Origin: Hyaloraphidium curvatum SAG 235-1
Taxonomy: Eukaryota > Fungi > Monoblepharomycota
Direction of reading: 5' to 3'
Length of the DNA stretch: 64,000 nt
Assembly: GCA_025558095.1 (NCBI GenBank)
Contig: JAIVFI010000031.1
Location: forward strand, 372,001-436,000
Under the pieces are notes generated by a model, which did not search any database, had not been told where the DNA came from, and saw nothing but the letters and a program-made list of their open reading frames with translations. The position numbers and the translations under genes are program-made. This document shows, in pieces, positions 12,423-23,699 of the stretch (positions are counted from its first letter, which is position 1; each line of letters starts with the position of its first letter).

Positions 12423-14225
12423 TCAATTTGTGATTGGACACACGGTTTCAATCGTCACGAATACGCCCGATCCCCTCAGGATCGTCCACAATCCGAGACA
12501 GACGGTCAAGCTTGTCACCACCAGCGTGCGCACGAAGCCCATCGTCACTTGCACTCCAAACAGGCGAGATTTGTACGCATCGGTGTCCGCGTACGACTGT
12601 AGCATGGCAATGTGCGATGCAATTCGTCCGATGACGTTGGTCGTCCGCAGCGCCGGGTCGCGCTCGGCCGCGACGATAAGCTTCTTCAGCGATCGTGCGG
12701 CGGAAACGCAGAGCTCCGAAACGTCATTGGCCTGATTGTTCAGGATGCTCGTGTTCACAAGCTCCAGGATTAGCAGGTAGAAGCCTGCCGCGACAAGGGC
12801 TATCGTGACCGTAGGGATGCAAGACCCTAGAGCCTGCACGAGCAAGGTAATCAGCGCCATCGATTAGCAGCTGAGCGAGTGCACGAACCACAGAAACAAC
12901 GATGCAGATAGACTCGCAGACGAATATAGCCAGTGTCAACCAAACGGAAACTCGGAAGAGATAATTGGCGCGCCACTTCGTGAATATGGCAGGAAGGAGC
13001 TCGCCGTACAACTCTTCCGCCCGTGCATCCAGGAGCGAGTCTTCCTTTCCGCGAGCAAGCATACCGTCAAAATGGACTACGAGAAGCCGGAGAGCACTTG
13101 ACACGGCCCGATGGAGCAAGCGACGCTCCAGGCTGCACACGGAGAAGTTGTTCGCCATGATCGGGCCGCCCAAATAGTTCGGCAAGACATCGAACAAAGT
13201 CGCGAGAACTGCAGGCAAACTCACTCAGCTTCGTCATGCCAAACCGATGACGAAGTTAACTCACTTACGACGATGCCAAGAAGAACTCCCCACCAAGATG
13301 CCCAAAGGGATGATGCGAACGTCACCAACAAGGTGTACTCCCCAGCAAAATCGTGAAAAAGCGCGACCGAAAGTGCCACGGCCAGCAACAAGGTCTGGAT
13401 CCGGGCACATTGCGCCGGGAGATTGCCGGCACACAATAGTGAAGGACAGCTGCAGAGTTCGTCCTCCTCAGAGTGCACAAGTAGCGTCGAAGAACAAAGC
13501 TGTGTCTGGCGGGATCCTGGGACCGCGATGTCTTCCAGATCTCGGCCGCGTCCAGAAGAAAGCTGTATGTAGCGCCAAAGCGACGCACCGGGCCAGAAGG
13601 ACAAATCTGGTGTCTGGTGTATCCCCGCCGAGCTCGCTGCTCGGTAGTTGGACGTATTCGCCCACACAGCGACCCAACGAAAGGCGACGCCGTAGACGAG
13701 GACTCGTAGCACTGCCGACGCAGTCGCTGCTCTCACGGGGCACTCAGACCTCAAACCTCGGGGCAGCACAAGCAATTCACCTGCAGCGAGCTGCTTGGTT
13801 CCCAAACGTCCGTCATTGACACCCCAGAGGAATCCCATTGTTCCGCAAATAAGCAGGTTGTATCCGCCCACGCGCAGGACGGACTTGCTGGCCAACGGGC
13901 CTAAAGCCAGGTTCATCCTTACCAGTCCTTGGAGCAGAGGTTCAACCGCCAGGGTCCGCAGCACAGAGTCCATCGTGAGCGGGTCTTTCTGCCTCAGGTT
14001 GGACGCCGGATCCGCCGGCGGACTCCTGGTGTCGCCGACGTCGCGGGTCGCCTGCACGGGCCGGGGAAATAGAACGAGCCATTCTTCCGGCGAAAGTCCG
14101 CCGAACCCAATTTCGGCTTCCGAAGAAGCGGCAGCGGGGTCGGACGGCGGTGGTTCTGGGCGTGTCTCCCGAACGCCTTCCAGGGCAATCCCGGGCTTCA
14201 GTGGTCCGTCGCCTAGCCCAGCCAT
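12423..14225 (-). CDS. Multi-pass membrane protein, gustatory-receptor-like (7TM ion channel) candidate (multi-exon)
   Basis: Several hydrophobic helices over ORFs 13221-14225, 12724-13224 and 12423-12860; C-terminal YKSRLFGVQVTMGFVRTLVVTSLTVCLGLWTIL. Confidence 0.55.
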
Positions 14226-14446
14226 GGAACGAAGTGCAATCTAGCAGACCATAGCAAGGGAACCGGAAAACAGTCAGAGCCCCCGCAGAAGGTAGCGATG
14301 CCCGCACTTGATCCACCGGCGCAAGCGCCGGCCGCGCGCGATCACGTTCACTCGACAAGCTCTCCGAACAGCGCGATCGCTGCCTTGTTGCGGCTATTTG
14401 CGGTCCATTGGACAGGTCCGCAACGCGCATCGCGCCGCTTTGCCCA

Positions 14447-15568
14447 ATGTCCGCGGAGCCGGAAGCTCCCCCCGCGTGGGTTTCGGAACTGCGGTCATCC
14501 GCGTCTGGGAAGGTCGTCTGGGACGTGGACTGCTCCTCGCTACCTTCTCCGCACCCTCCGGGCCTGTTTTGGCCCGACATCCTCATTCCTGACGCGATTT
14601 CGCGGTACATTTCTGTTGCGGCCGATGGAGAGAAGGGCACAGTTGCCGTGCTGTGCGGTCGGAAGCTCGCCGGAGGAAACTTCGGGACAAATGTGTCGGC
14701 GCAGGGCACCGCGGGGATGTCGATCGCGCTGCAGGCGGCCTCGGACCTCGTTGGGGCTGGGAAGAGGCCCCGACGGATTGAGGTTACCTACCGGAAACCA
14801 ATGTTTCTGCCGTGCTGGGTGCGCGGGCGGACAAAGCTCGTAGGCGGGCAGGGAACCGCGATCGCCGTCGACTGCGTGCTCTCGGACCCGGCGACGGGCA
14901 AGGACATTGTGGAGGCGCGCTCGGAATGGGTCCCTGCGCCGGACAGCTTGGTGCGAAGGGCTCCTTTCACGCCCGTGGGCACGGACGCGTGGCCACAGGG
15001 CCTGCGCGAATTATTCGACGCTTCTGGCCGTCCAGAAAAGACTCCCAACACGGCAGAGTACTTTCATGAGGCGGCCGTCGGGCACGGCATCGTCGCGGTT
15101 CCCTACCTGCGCCTCCCCGGAGACCCCAGCCGAACTCCCCCGCCATTCGCCGACGTCGTTCCTTTCCTGTGGCCTACGCCGCACGAGTCACGTTTCCGGT
15201 CGCGATCGCTCTCGGTGCTCGACAGGGAGGGCAATCTTGAGGAATGGCAGGAGATGGTCAGCCCCGGCGGACGGTACTCGTGGAACGGGGCGATCCATCC
15301 GGCCGCCCTGTACATCCTCATGGATTATGCCGTGAACCAACCCCCGGTTGGGATTGACAGAGTCACTTTGGCCACCGCGAAGCTGGCCGTGGATTTCGAG
15401 CCCGCTGCGTGGGCTTTCGAGGAAGGCTGGCTCCATTCCCGCGGCTGGATGGTGAGAAAGGAAGGCAGACGCTACGAGACAGAGGCGATCGGCCGCATGG
15501 AGGACGGCACGGTTGTTTGCCGCGCTCGGGCGAGCCTCGCTCTGATCGGGCCGCTTCCGAGGCTGTAG
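14447..15568 (+). CDS. Double hotdog-fold thioesterase family protein, possible peroxisomal (C-terminal PRL)
   Basis: Two hotdog-like halves (FGTNVSAQG..IEVTYRKPMFLP; GAIHPAALYILMD..LAVDF..GRRYETEA..VCRARASL); intronless. Confidence 0.7.
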   Translation: MSAEPEAPPAWVSELRSSASGKVVWDVDCSSLPSPHPPGLFWPDILIPDAISRYISVAADGEKGTVAVLCGRKLAGGNFGTNVSAQGTAGMSIALQAASDLVGAGKRPRRIEVTYRKPMFLPCWVRGRTKLVGGQGTAIAVDCVLSDPATGKDIVEARSEWVPAPDSLVRRAPFTPVGTDAWPQGLRELFDASGRPEKTPNTAEYFHEAAVGHGIVAVPYLRLPGDPSRTPPPFADVVPFLWPTPHESRFRSRSLSVLDREGNLEEWQEMVSPGGRYSWNGAIHPAALYILMDYAVNQPPVGIDRVTLATAKLAVDFEPAAWAFEEGWLHSRGWMVRKEGRRYETEAIGRMEDGTVVCRARASLALIGPLPRL

Positions 15569-15751
15569 CACACCAGAGAACAGAGCATATACAGACAGTG
15601 ATTGTCTCATAGAAGAGTATCTCACCTGAAAGTTGGTCCTCTCGTTGGTGACGCTCATTGAAGCAAACGTCGAAGTGGGAGTAAAGTGGGGGGGCGTCAT
15701 CAGGTGCACACGTCCCCGAAAACACGCCTTCGGATTCGCCCCTCCGCCGCC

Positions 15752-18422
15752 ATGTCCGACTCCGAGGAGGACGGCGGCGGGCCGCACGCCAACGGCGGCC
15801 CGCGCGGCGCGGCGCAGGACCCGCTCGCGCGGCCGCACTCAGTGCCGCCGACGCCGGTCTCGCACGGCCCCGCGCCGCCGTTCCGCGCGTTGCCGGCCAA
15901 CGACGCCGGCCTGCTGATCTCGACGGTGTCGCCGCCGCCCGCCGCGCCGCCCGCGGAGGCGTACGCGCCGCCCAAGTCGGCGCACGCCGCGCACGGCCAC
16001 GAGCTGCTGGTCGCGCTGCTGACGTCGGCCGACATCGAGGGCAACGTGACGCGGCGCAGTGCGGGGAGGCCGCACGCGGAGGTGTCGCGCGCGACGTTCG
16101 CCGACGAGGAGATGGTCAACTACCGTGGGATTCGCGTGCCGGGACACGGGGGCGCGTCGTCTGACTCGGCTCGCCCCACCGACAGTCGACCACCTCACCG
16201 GCAGCAGCCTCGCGCAGCTGCGCACCGAGTCCGAGGCGCTGGCCGAGCAGGCCTTGCACATCCAGGAGGAGCTCGCGCGGCTGGCCTACACGGACTACAA
16301 GACCTTCCTGGACTCGCACGCCGCCACGGCCTCGCTGCGCTCGAGCTTCCACTCGGCCGCCGAGGGCCTGGACAAGGCCGTCGCGGTGCTCCCCGAGCTC
16401 GAGGCCGCGTCGGCCGACTTTGTCCGGCAGGCCTCGGCCGTGCTCGCCGAGCGCGCGCGCACCTCGCTCGTGCTCTCGCACCACGCCACCCTCCTGGACG
16501 TGCTCGAGATCCCGCAGCTGATCGACACCTTCGTCCGCAACGGGTACTACGAGGAGGCCATGGACCTCAAGAACCACGCGGCGCGGCTGGTGGTCCGCTA
16601 CCCCGGCGTGGCGCTTCTGCAGCGCATCGCGGCCGAGGCCGAGCAGTGCGGCGCCATGATGCTCGGGCAGCTCGTGAACCTGCTGCGCGGGGACGTCAAG
16701 CTCCCCGTGTGCATCCGCGTGATCGGGTACCTCCGCCGCCTGGAGGCCTACACCGAGCACGAGCTCAGGGTCATGTTCCTGCGGCAGCGGGACGGGTTCT
16801 TCCGCGCGCAGCTACCCGCGCCCGCGGGCGACCCGGCCGACTACCTGAAGCGGTACATCGATTCCTCGCGCGAGCACTTTTTCGACATCATCACGCAGTA
16901 CCGCGCCATCTTCTCCGACGGCCCGGCCTCGGGCCTGGCCCCGTCGGCCGCGCTGGACCCGGACGTGGGCTCCAACACCGTCCTCTCGACCCTCTCGATC
17001 CTCTCGTCCTACGTCACGGGGGTGCTCGAGGACTTTGTGGGGCAGCTCGAGGCGCACCTCCCCCGCGTGCGCGACGTGCCGCAGCTGGGCTCGCTGCTCA
17101 CGCAGACCATGTACTACGGCATGTCCCTGGGCAGGGTGGGGATCGACTTCCGGCAGTGCGTCGGGAAGCGGTTCGAGCGCGCGGTGGGGGACGTGGTGCT
17201 GGCGCAGATGCGGGCGGGGTGCGACGCCTTTGTCGAGTACGTCGCCCGGAGCGGGGTCGAGGCCGTGCAGCCGGTCAAGGTGTCCGGGGGGGCGGGGAGG
17301 GGGGAGGCGAGCGTGTACCAGGCGCCGGCGGTGCTGGTGGCCTGGCCGCCGCTGGGCAATCTGGTGGGTCGCCAGAGGCGGGAAATGCGTTTGCGGGGCT
17401 GACGCTCCGCGGCAGGTCAACTACTACTTCACGGCGTACAACGCGCTGCGCATCTGCGCGCCGCTGTCGCAGATCCGGCGGCTGGCCAAGGAGGGCATCG
17501 AGGACGGCCTGGTGCGGGCGGCTGAGGCGCTGCGTGCGGTCGGGAGCAGGTGCGTGGACGGCCGGCGCCACTTCCAATCCGATCTGACGCCATCCTCCGA
17601 TCCGTGCACAGGCTCGACCCGACGTCCACGCACCACGCGCCGCTGATCGCCAACCACCGGCAATGCGCGCGCCTCTTTGCCGAGGTCGCGGTGCCGGCCA
17701 TCTGCGACGGGTTCGAGCGCGGCGTGTACGCGGGCTCGGTGCCGTCGACGGGTGCGGTGGACAGGACGCGGTGCGCGGAGCCGCTGGCGGAGCTGCTGCC
17801 GCGGGCGGGGGCGTCGCCGGTGGCAAGGGAGGGAGGGGCGGAGGCGCCGGCTGAGGAGGGGCGGGGCAGCGTGGAGCAGGGGCGGGCGAGCACGGAGCAG
17901 GGTCGAACGAGCGTCGATCAAGGCAGACGCAGCACGGAGCAAGGGCGTGCGAGCATCGAGCAAGGCCGGCCCAGCACGGAGCAGGGGCGTGCGAGCATCG
18001 AGCAAGGCAGGCCCAGCACGGAGCAGGGGCGTGCGAGCGTCGATCAAGGCAGGCCCAGCACGGAGCAGGGGCGTGCGAGCGTCGATCAAGGCAGGCCCAG
18101 CACGGAGGAGGGCAGGGTCAGCGCAGAGCAAGGGAGACCCAGCGCCGAACATGCACGAGCGAGCGCCGAGCACTCCAGGCTCAGCGTGGAGCAGCCCCGG
18201 ACGAGCGTGGACCGGCCTCCCGCCGCGCCGGCTTCGGAACCCGCTCCCAGGACGAGCACCGAGCAGGCGCCGAGGAGCAGCACCGAGCAGCCCCCGCGCC
18301 TGAGCGCCGATCGCGCGGGCAGGGAGAGCTCGGAGCAGGGCCGGGCGAGGACGGCGCCGGGGCAGCCGAGCGCGGACGGGGGACCGCGGGCGAGCACGGA
18401 TTCGCACGGCGAGGGCGCATGA
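15752..18422 (+). CDS. COG8: Conserved oligomeric Golgi complex subunit 8 (Dor1) with C-terminal heptad repeat tail
   Basis: LLDVLEIPQLIDTFVRNGYYEEAMDL, LPVCIRVIGYLRRL, FFDIITQYRAIF, LLTQTMYYGMSLGRVGIDF are hallmark Dor1/COG8 motifs. Confidence 0.93.
17859..18215 (+). repeat. Coding 21-nt tandem repeat (~17 units of GRxSxEQ, 42-nt higher-order unit)
   Basis: Directly visible: GRGSVEQ GRASTEQ GRTSVDQ GRRSTEQ GRASIEQ GRPSTEQ ... PRTSVDR. Confidence 0.95.
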
Positions 18423-18759
18423 TACCGCTGGACGTGGGATACCAGATATTCGGAGGACATTAGATTGATTGGGGCGGCTGTGGCGGTTGCCGCGACCAGC
18501 CAGTCACAGGCCGCTGTCTCTGCCCGTGGAAGGCGAGGCGGCCGATCGCGGCCGGGGGACATCCGGGACTAGCAGAACAGCCAAGATATCACAGTCTCGC
18601 GGCGCTCTTGAGTCCGGACCGGTCGGGTTTGGGGTCTCCCGGTCGCTCGATCGCTGGCCGCCGAACCGCAACGACCAGCCACCGGGGTCCCATCTGCCGT
18701 CAGTTCGCGCGGTCTCGACGCCGCGCACGGCCCCAGCCCTTCGGCGCGCGCGCCTGTAT

Positions 18760-21600
18760 ATGGGCAAAACGGCGGCGATGCTGGGCGAGACCGCGACGGG
18801 CGCGCCCGGTGCGGGTGCGGCGCACTGCGTGCCCGCGGGGTCGCCCGCGCGGGGGCCCGCCGACGCCGCGTCCCCGCCGGGCGCCGTGCCGCCGGGCGCG
18901 CGGGCCGCGCTGCAAGCCGGGTTCCGCGACCCGCCGTCCCCCTCGCAGCCGCTGTCGCAGGCGCCGTCGCCGCGCCCGCCCGCCGACCGGCCGCTCGAGC
19001 TGCCCGCGCCGCGGATGGGCCCGCGCCCGCCGGCGCCGCGCTCGCCGGCGCCGCGCTCGCCGGTGCGCCCGCAACTCAAGTCGCCCGCCGTGCTCGCGCC
19101 GTCCTCCGTCGAGCCGAAGGGGCCGCGCGCCCCGCCGCCCCACGCACGCGCACCCGGGACGCCCGCCCCCGCGCCGCCGCACACGCCGCTGTCGCACGGG
19201 CCCGCCTCGCCGGACGACGACTCGCAGACGCAGCTGCCGTTGAACCTCAAGCGCAGGCGCGTCGACGACCTCACCGTCGCGAACGTGGTGCGCTCGCCGC
19301 CCCCGCTGCCCGCGCACGTGACTGACGCCCCCCGCTCCAAGCAGCGCCGCAGGCTCGACGGCCCCGCGTCGCCCGGCGACGACTCGGCACCCGTGCCCAC
19401 CTTTGCGCCGCGGCCGCCGGCACAGGCACCCCTCCCGCTGCCGCAGCCCGCAGAGGTCGCCATCCAGGACCCGTCGATCGTCGAGATGGGCCAGCTCACC
19501 GCGGAGCTGGACCAGGAGATCGGCCGCATCCCCGCAAACGGCTACGAAAACTCGCTCGCGATCTCGTCGATCTTCGAGGCCGCCGCCCAGGCCGGCGAGC
19601 TCGAAGAGGAGCCGGACCTGCCCGAGGACCTGCCCGACGACCCGCTCGACGAGGGCGCGCACGGGGACGACGCGCACGGGGAGGAGCCGCAGCTCGAACC
19701 CGCGCAGCTCGACCCGATGCACGAGGAGCCCGCGGACGACCCGCCCCTGCCCGAGGCCGAGGAGCCCGCCACGCAGGAGGACCCCGCGCCCGTACCCCCC
19801 GCGCACGACGGACAATACCCCGACCCCCTCCGCGGCCCGCAACCCCCGATCCACGCCCCGCCGCCCCCGCAGCAGCACCTGCCCGCGCAGCCCGCGGACC
19901 CGCAGCGCGCCCCCTCCTTCCGCAGCCCCACCCCGCGCTCCCCCCGCCGCGACTCCCGGGGCCGCCCGCGCTCCCGCGACCGCTCGCGCAGCCGGGACCG
20001 CTCCCGCGACCGCGACTGGGACCGCCGCCCGCGCTCGCGGGACCGCTCGCGCGACCGCCGCACGTCGGACCGGCCCAGCCCGGCCTCGCAGCGCGGCGGC
20101 GGCCCCGGAGGGGCAGGGGGTGGCATCAAGACCACCATCTACGGCCTGCTGGAGGCGCAGGAGGAGGAGCTGACCGAGGTCAAGCAGCGGCTCCAGTGGG
20201 CCGAGGAGGAGCTCGCGCGGCGCGAGGGCGAGACGGGCGAGGCGGCGGCGCTGCGGGCCGCCAACGAGCGGCTGGCCGCCGAGGTCGCGCGGCTGAGCGC
20301 CGAGGCGGCGCAGGCCAAGGAGGACTCAGCGCGCGCGCGGGCCGAGGCGGCGCGCAAGGCCGAGGAGGCGGCGCGGCGGGCCGAGGAGACGGCGCGGGCG
20401 CGGGAAGAGTCGGGGCGCAAGGACGGGGAGATCGCCTCGTCCACGTCGCGGCACGCGCGCGAGATCGCGGGGCTCAAGAAGCAGGTCGAGGTCGAGGTGC
20501 AGAAGCACGCCGAGGTGATGCGGAACCGGGACGAGCTCCTGCTCAAGGCGAGGCAGACGGTCGACACGGCAAAGTCCAACCTGGCCATGCGCATCGAGAT
20601 GTGCGTGGCCAAGCAGGCCGAGGTGGACGCGCTCGAGCGGCGGGTGGCGGACCTCGAGGCCCAGGACGCGCTGCGGGAGAACGAGCGGCGCGCGCTGGCC
20701 GACTCGGCGCTCGCGCTGGGGACGAGGAACCTCGAGATGCAGCAGGAGAACGAGGAGCTCAACGCCGAGGTGGCCAAACTGCTGGAGGAGCGCGCCAGGC
20801 TGAGGGAGGAGAACGCGCTGCTCAAGGAGGAGCAGGGGAGGCAGGACGCAGCGAGGAAGGAGCTCGAGATCGCAAAGCGCAACCTCAAGCAGCTGCGCGA
20901 GAGGGTCGTCGCGATGACCAAGCAGCTCAACGCCGAGATCGCCGACGTGACGTCGCTGGTCGAGGCCATCGACGAGGAGGCGGCGGCGCGGCAGTCGCCC
21001 TTCCTGCAACCCGAGCTCCAGGAGGTCGGCTCGCCGGGCCAGTTCATCCACGGGCTGCCCTCGCCCGACGACCACGAGGAGGGCGCGGACCCGCATGCGC
21101 ACGACGCCTTCTCGCCGCACGAGCTCTTTGCCTCGCAGGAGGGCGTGCTCGCCACGGACCTCCTCCGCGGCACCGGCGACCGCGGCGACGACCCGCTCGA
21201 CCCCTTCGGCGACATCGGCCAGGCCGTCGTGCCCTCGAGCGTGTTCCCGGCAAAGCGCGGCAGGCCCAGGGGCAGGCGCGGCGGCGGGCCCGGGAGCAGG
21301 GGCGGCGGCGGGCCCGGGAGCAGGGGCGGCAGGGGCGCCTACAGCCGCGCGTCGTCGCAGGCCAAGGCGGCGGCGGCCGCGGCGGCGCTGGCCAACGGGG
21401 AGCAGCCCAAGGTGCGGAAGCGGGGCAGGCCGCCCAAGTACCCGCGGCCGGAACCGGTCCCGGAGCCGGAACCGGAGCCCGAGCAGATGGAGGACCAGGA
21501 GTCGGAGGCGCCGCAGGACGAGAGCGAGGAGATGGATTCGGCGTTCGGGCCGGGCAGCAACGATGACGATGATGACGACGACGGGGACTACAGGGGTTGA
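18760..21600 (+). CDS. Intronless nuclear protein: Pro-rich N-terminus, RS/RD tract, long coiled coil, two AT-hooks, acidic tail
   Basis: Uninterrupted ORF with strongly GC3-biased codons; RSRDRSRSRDRSRDRDWD; heptad region; KRGRPRG and RKRGRPPK; D-rich end. Start uncertain. Confidence 0.75.
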   Translation: MGKTAAMLGETATGAPGAGAAHCVPAGSPARGPADAASPPGAVPPGARAALQAGFRDPPSPSQPLSQAPSPRPPADRPLELPAPRMGPRPPAPRSPAPRSPVRPQLKSPAVLAPSSVEPKGPRAPPPHARAPGTPAPAPPHTPLSHGPASPDDDSQTQLPLNLKRRRVDDLTVANVVRSPPPLPAHVTDAPRSKQRRRLDGPASPGDDSAPVPTFAPRPPAQAPLPLPQPAEVAIQDPSIVEMGQLTAELDQEIGRIPANGYENSLAISSIFEAAAQAGELEEEPDLPEDLPDDPLDEGAHGDDAHGEEPQLEPAQLDPMHEEPADDPPLPEAEEPATQEDPAPVPPAHDGQYPDPLRGPQPPIHAPPPPQQHLPAQPADPQRAPSFRSPTPRSPRRDSRGRPRSRDRSRSRDRSRDRDWDRRPRSRDRSRDRRTSDRPSPASQRGGGPGGAGGGIKTTIYGLLEAQEEELTEVKQRLQWAEEELARREGETGEAAALRAANERLAAEVARLSAEAAQAKEDSARARAEAARKAEEAARRAEETARAREESGRKDGEIASSTSRHAREIAGLKKQVEVEVQKHAEVMRNRDELLLKARQTVDTAKSNLAMRIEMCVAKQAEVDALERRVADLEAQDALRENERRALADSALALGTRNLEMQQENEELNAEVAKLLEERARLREENALLKEEQGRQDAARKELEIAKRNLKQLRERVVAMTKQLNAEIADVTSLVEAIDEEAAARQSPFLQPELQEVGSPGQFIHGLPSPDDHEEGADPHAHDAFSPHELFASQEGVLATDLLRGTGDRGDDPLDPFGDIGQAVVPSSVFPAKRGRPRGRRGGGPGSRGGGGPGSRGGRGAYSRASSQAKAAAAAAALANGEQPKVRKRGRPPKYPRPEPVPEPEPEPEQMEDQESEAPQDESEEMDSAFGPGSNDDDDDDDGDYRG

Positions 21601-21869
21601 AGGCACCGGGCCTTCGAAAGCGCTCGGGCTGGCAGGGCACGATGGATGCGGCGAGGGAGCACGTGGATCGCGGAACTGTTCATTGGCGATCGGGAGGCTA
21701 GCGGGCCGACATGCCCGGCTTTGGATCTGTATCTTCGGCAGCGCGAGGTATCTATCATTGTTCATTTACCGGCTTGACTTCAAAAGTGCGGAAGGACGAC
21801 GGTATGTCGGCCAGGGGTTCGATCAGGGTCCAAACTCCCGCCGTGCCGCCCGATTCTCACACCTCGGCG

Positions 21870-22923
21870 ATGGCAGAGGCACCGGTTCCGAGCATGCCGC
21901 TGTCTAGCGGCAGCGCAGCACCCGCGGCCGCGGCGGCCGCCGCACCCGATGCCGCCGGGGCCGCCGCGGGGGCCGCTGCAGAGCAGAAGGACGACTCGAT
22001 GTGGAAGAAAATGACCTCGGTTTTCACTGGGGACGACGACGCCGCTCCGCCGCGGGTTGTGGACGTGGAGGCCGAGCTCGCGAAGAAGATTGAGGAGCTG
22101 CCGAAGGACTTCATCAAGATCAAGCTGCGGGCAGAGAAGCTCGATGCCCTGGTGGGTTCTCTACTTGAAAGGCTCTCCGCAGCCCGCTGAACCCGTATCG
22201 CCCGCTCCAGGACAAGCTCAAGAGGTCCAGCGACCCGTTTGTCCGCATCAAGAAGGTGGACCCGGCGACGAAGCTCGCCGAAACCGTGATCGAATCCACG
22301 CGGGGCATCATCCAAACGGAGCTCAATCCCAGCTTCGAAGAGCTCACGTTCCCGAAAAGCGAGCTCAATATCGACGAGAAGGGCGATGCGGGCATCATTT
22401 TCGAGGTGGGCAGCCGGCTGGGCCCCACGTGGATGCCCGAGCCGACCCTCGCCTCCAACAGGTCCTGGACTTCAACGTTTCCGGCAAATATCCCCTGATT
22501 GGGGGCTGCGGCGGCTCTCTGTCCTCGACCATGTCTGGTGCGCGGAAGGAGTTTGATCTGATCAACCTGGACAAGAAGAAGGCGGACTCGAACTACAAGA
22601 ACTCGGGGAAGCTCTTTATCGAGGAGGCGGCGATGGTCCCGAGCCCGCAGGACGTGTCGGACTTCAAGAGGAAGCTGAAGGATGAAGCCGAGAAGCGGAA
22701 AGAATGGGAGGAAGAGCAGGCCGAAAAGGCGGCAAAGGCAGCAAAGGCGGCGGCAAAGTCGGGCACGGCCCAAGTGGCCGCCAAGGTCGACGGGGCAGCG
22801 GCGCAGGTCGCCGACGCCGCTTCGTCCGGGGCGCAGCAGGTTGCTGACGGCGCGGCAGACGCGGCAAACGCAGTAGGGAACGCAGCATCTGACGTGGCTG
22901 CCGCCGTCAAGCCTGCGCCTTGA
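21870..22923 (+). CDS. Copine-type C2 domain protein without vWA (3 exons)
   Basis: Spliced LRAEKLDALDKLKRSSDPFVRI..LNPSFEEL..IIFEVLDFNVSGKYPLIG..FDLIN.DKKK...YKNSGKLFI, resembling the copine C2B domain. Confidence 0.75.
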
Positions 22924-23017
22924 AACATTCAACACAGATCTTTGCGCTGGCGGGTAGCATTATGGCATGTCGGGTATAATGATTTGAGCTTGAGCATCGA
23001 CAGCGCAGTTGAGTGGA

Positions 23018-23574
23018 TCAGATGATCCGCTTGCGCTTTCCGACGTTCCCGCTTTTGCCTTTGCCCTTCTTCTTGAGCTTCAGAAGCCTCTGCTTTCGCC
23101 GCGAGAGGAAAAGACGCTTGTCGATCTTCTTTGCGTCCACGGCCATCGCTGCAGAGGAGATCAGGCCAAGAGGAAGGCCGCCGGAAAGCGACAGACGCAC
23201 CGTCCCCAGATCCCGATGCCCCGACTTCCTCCTTCGTGCCATCCTGTTCCTCCACAGCGTCCGAAAATTCCCCTCGAGCCGCGTTCGCCCCGTCGTCCAT
23301 CTCCAAGTCCGCGGCACCCTCGCCGGCTTCCGACTCGGCCAGCTTCTTCGCAAGCCGCTCCGTCCGCTCGTCCTCTTTCGGCCCGTAGATTTTCTCGCGG
23401 CGAAGGGCCCGGAAATGCCGCTTGGTCTTGGAGCGCAGCGATTTTGCTGAACAGGGGGGAGAAGTGGCAGAAAGGCGACCACCAGAGCCGATGCGACACA
23501 ACGATGCCCCGGAAAGTCAAATGGCGGGGTCAGTGAACACGTTGTCAGGAGAACTAGAGACGAAATGTACCCAT
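23018..23574 (-). CDS. UPF0642/DUF2423 (LLPH-like) basic nucleolar-type protein
   Basis: 4-nt first coding exon ATGG then GTACAT donor; spliced N-terminus MAKSLRSKTKRHFRALRREKIYGP; Lys-rich C-terminus. Confidence 0.75.
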
Positions 23575-23699
23575 TTCGAAGTTGCCACGGGGGGAAGAAA
23601 GAGCTCTCTGGAGGTCCCCAGCCACCCAGCCAAACAACCGCGGGGCGCCGGGAAGTCCCTCACTGACGGCTCAGCGGTCGATCGAAGCGCCGGGCTTCA

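Noticed and set aside
17859-18215. Regular repeat considered as a CRISPR array
   Set aside because: No unique spacers, in-frame coding repeat, eukaryotic context, no cas genes.
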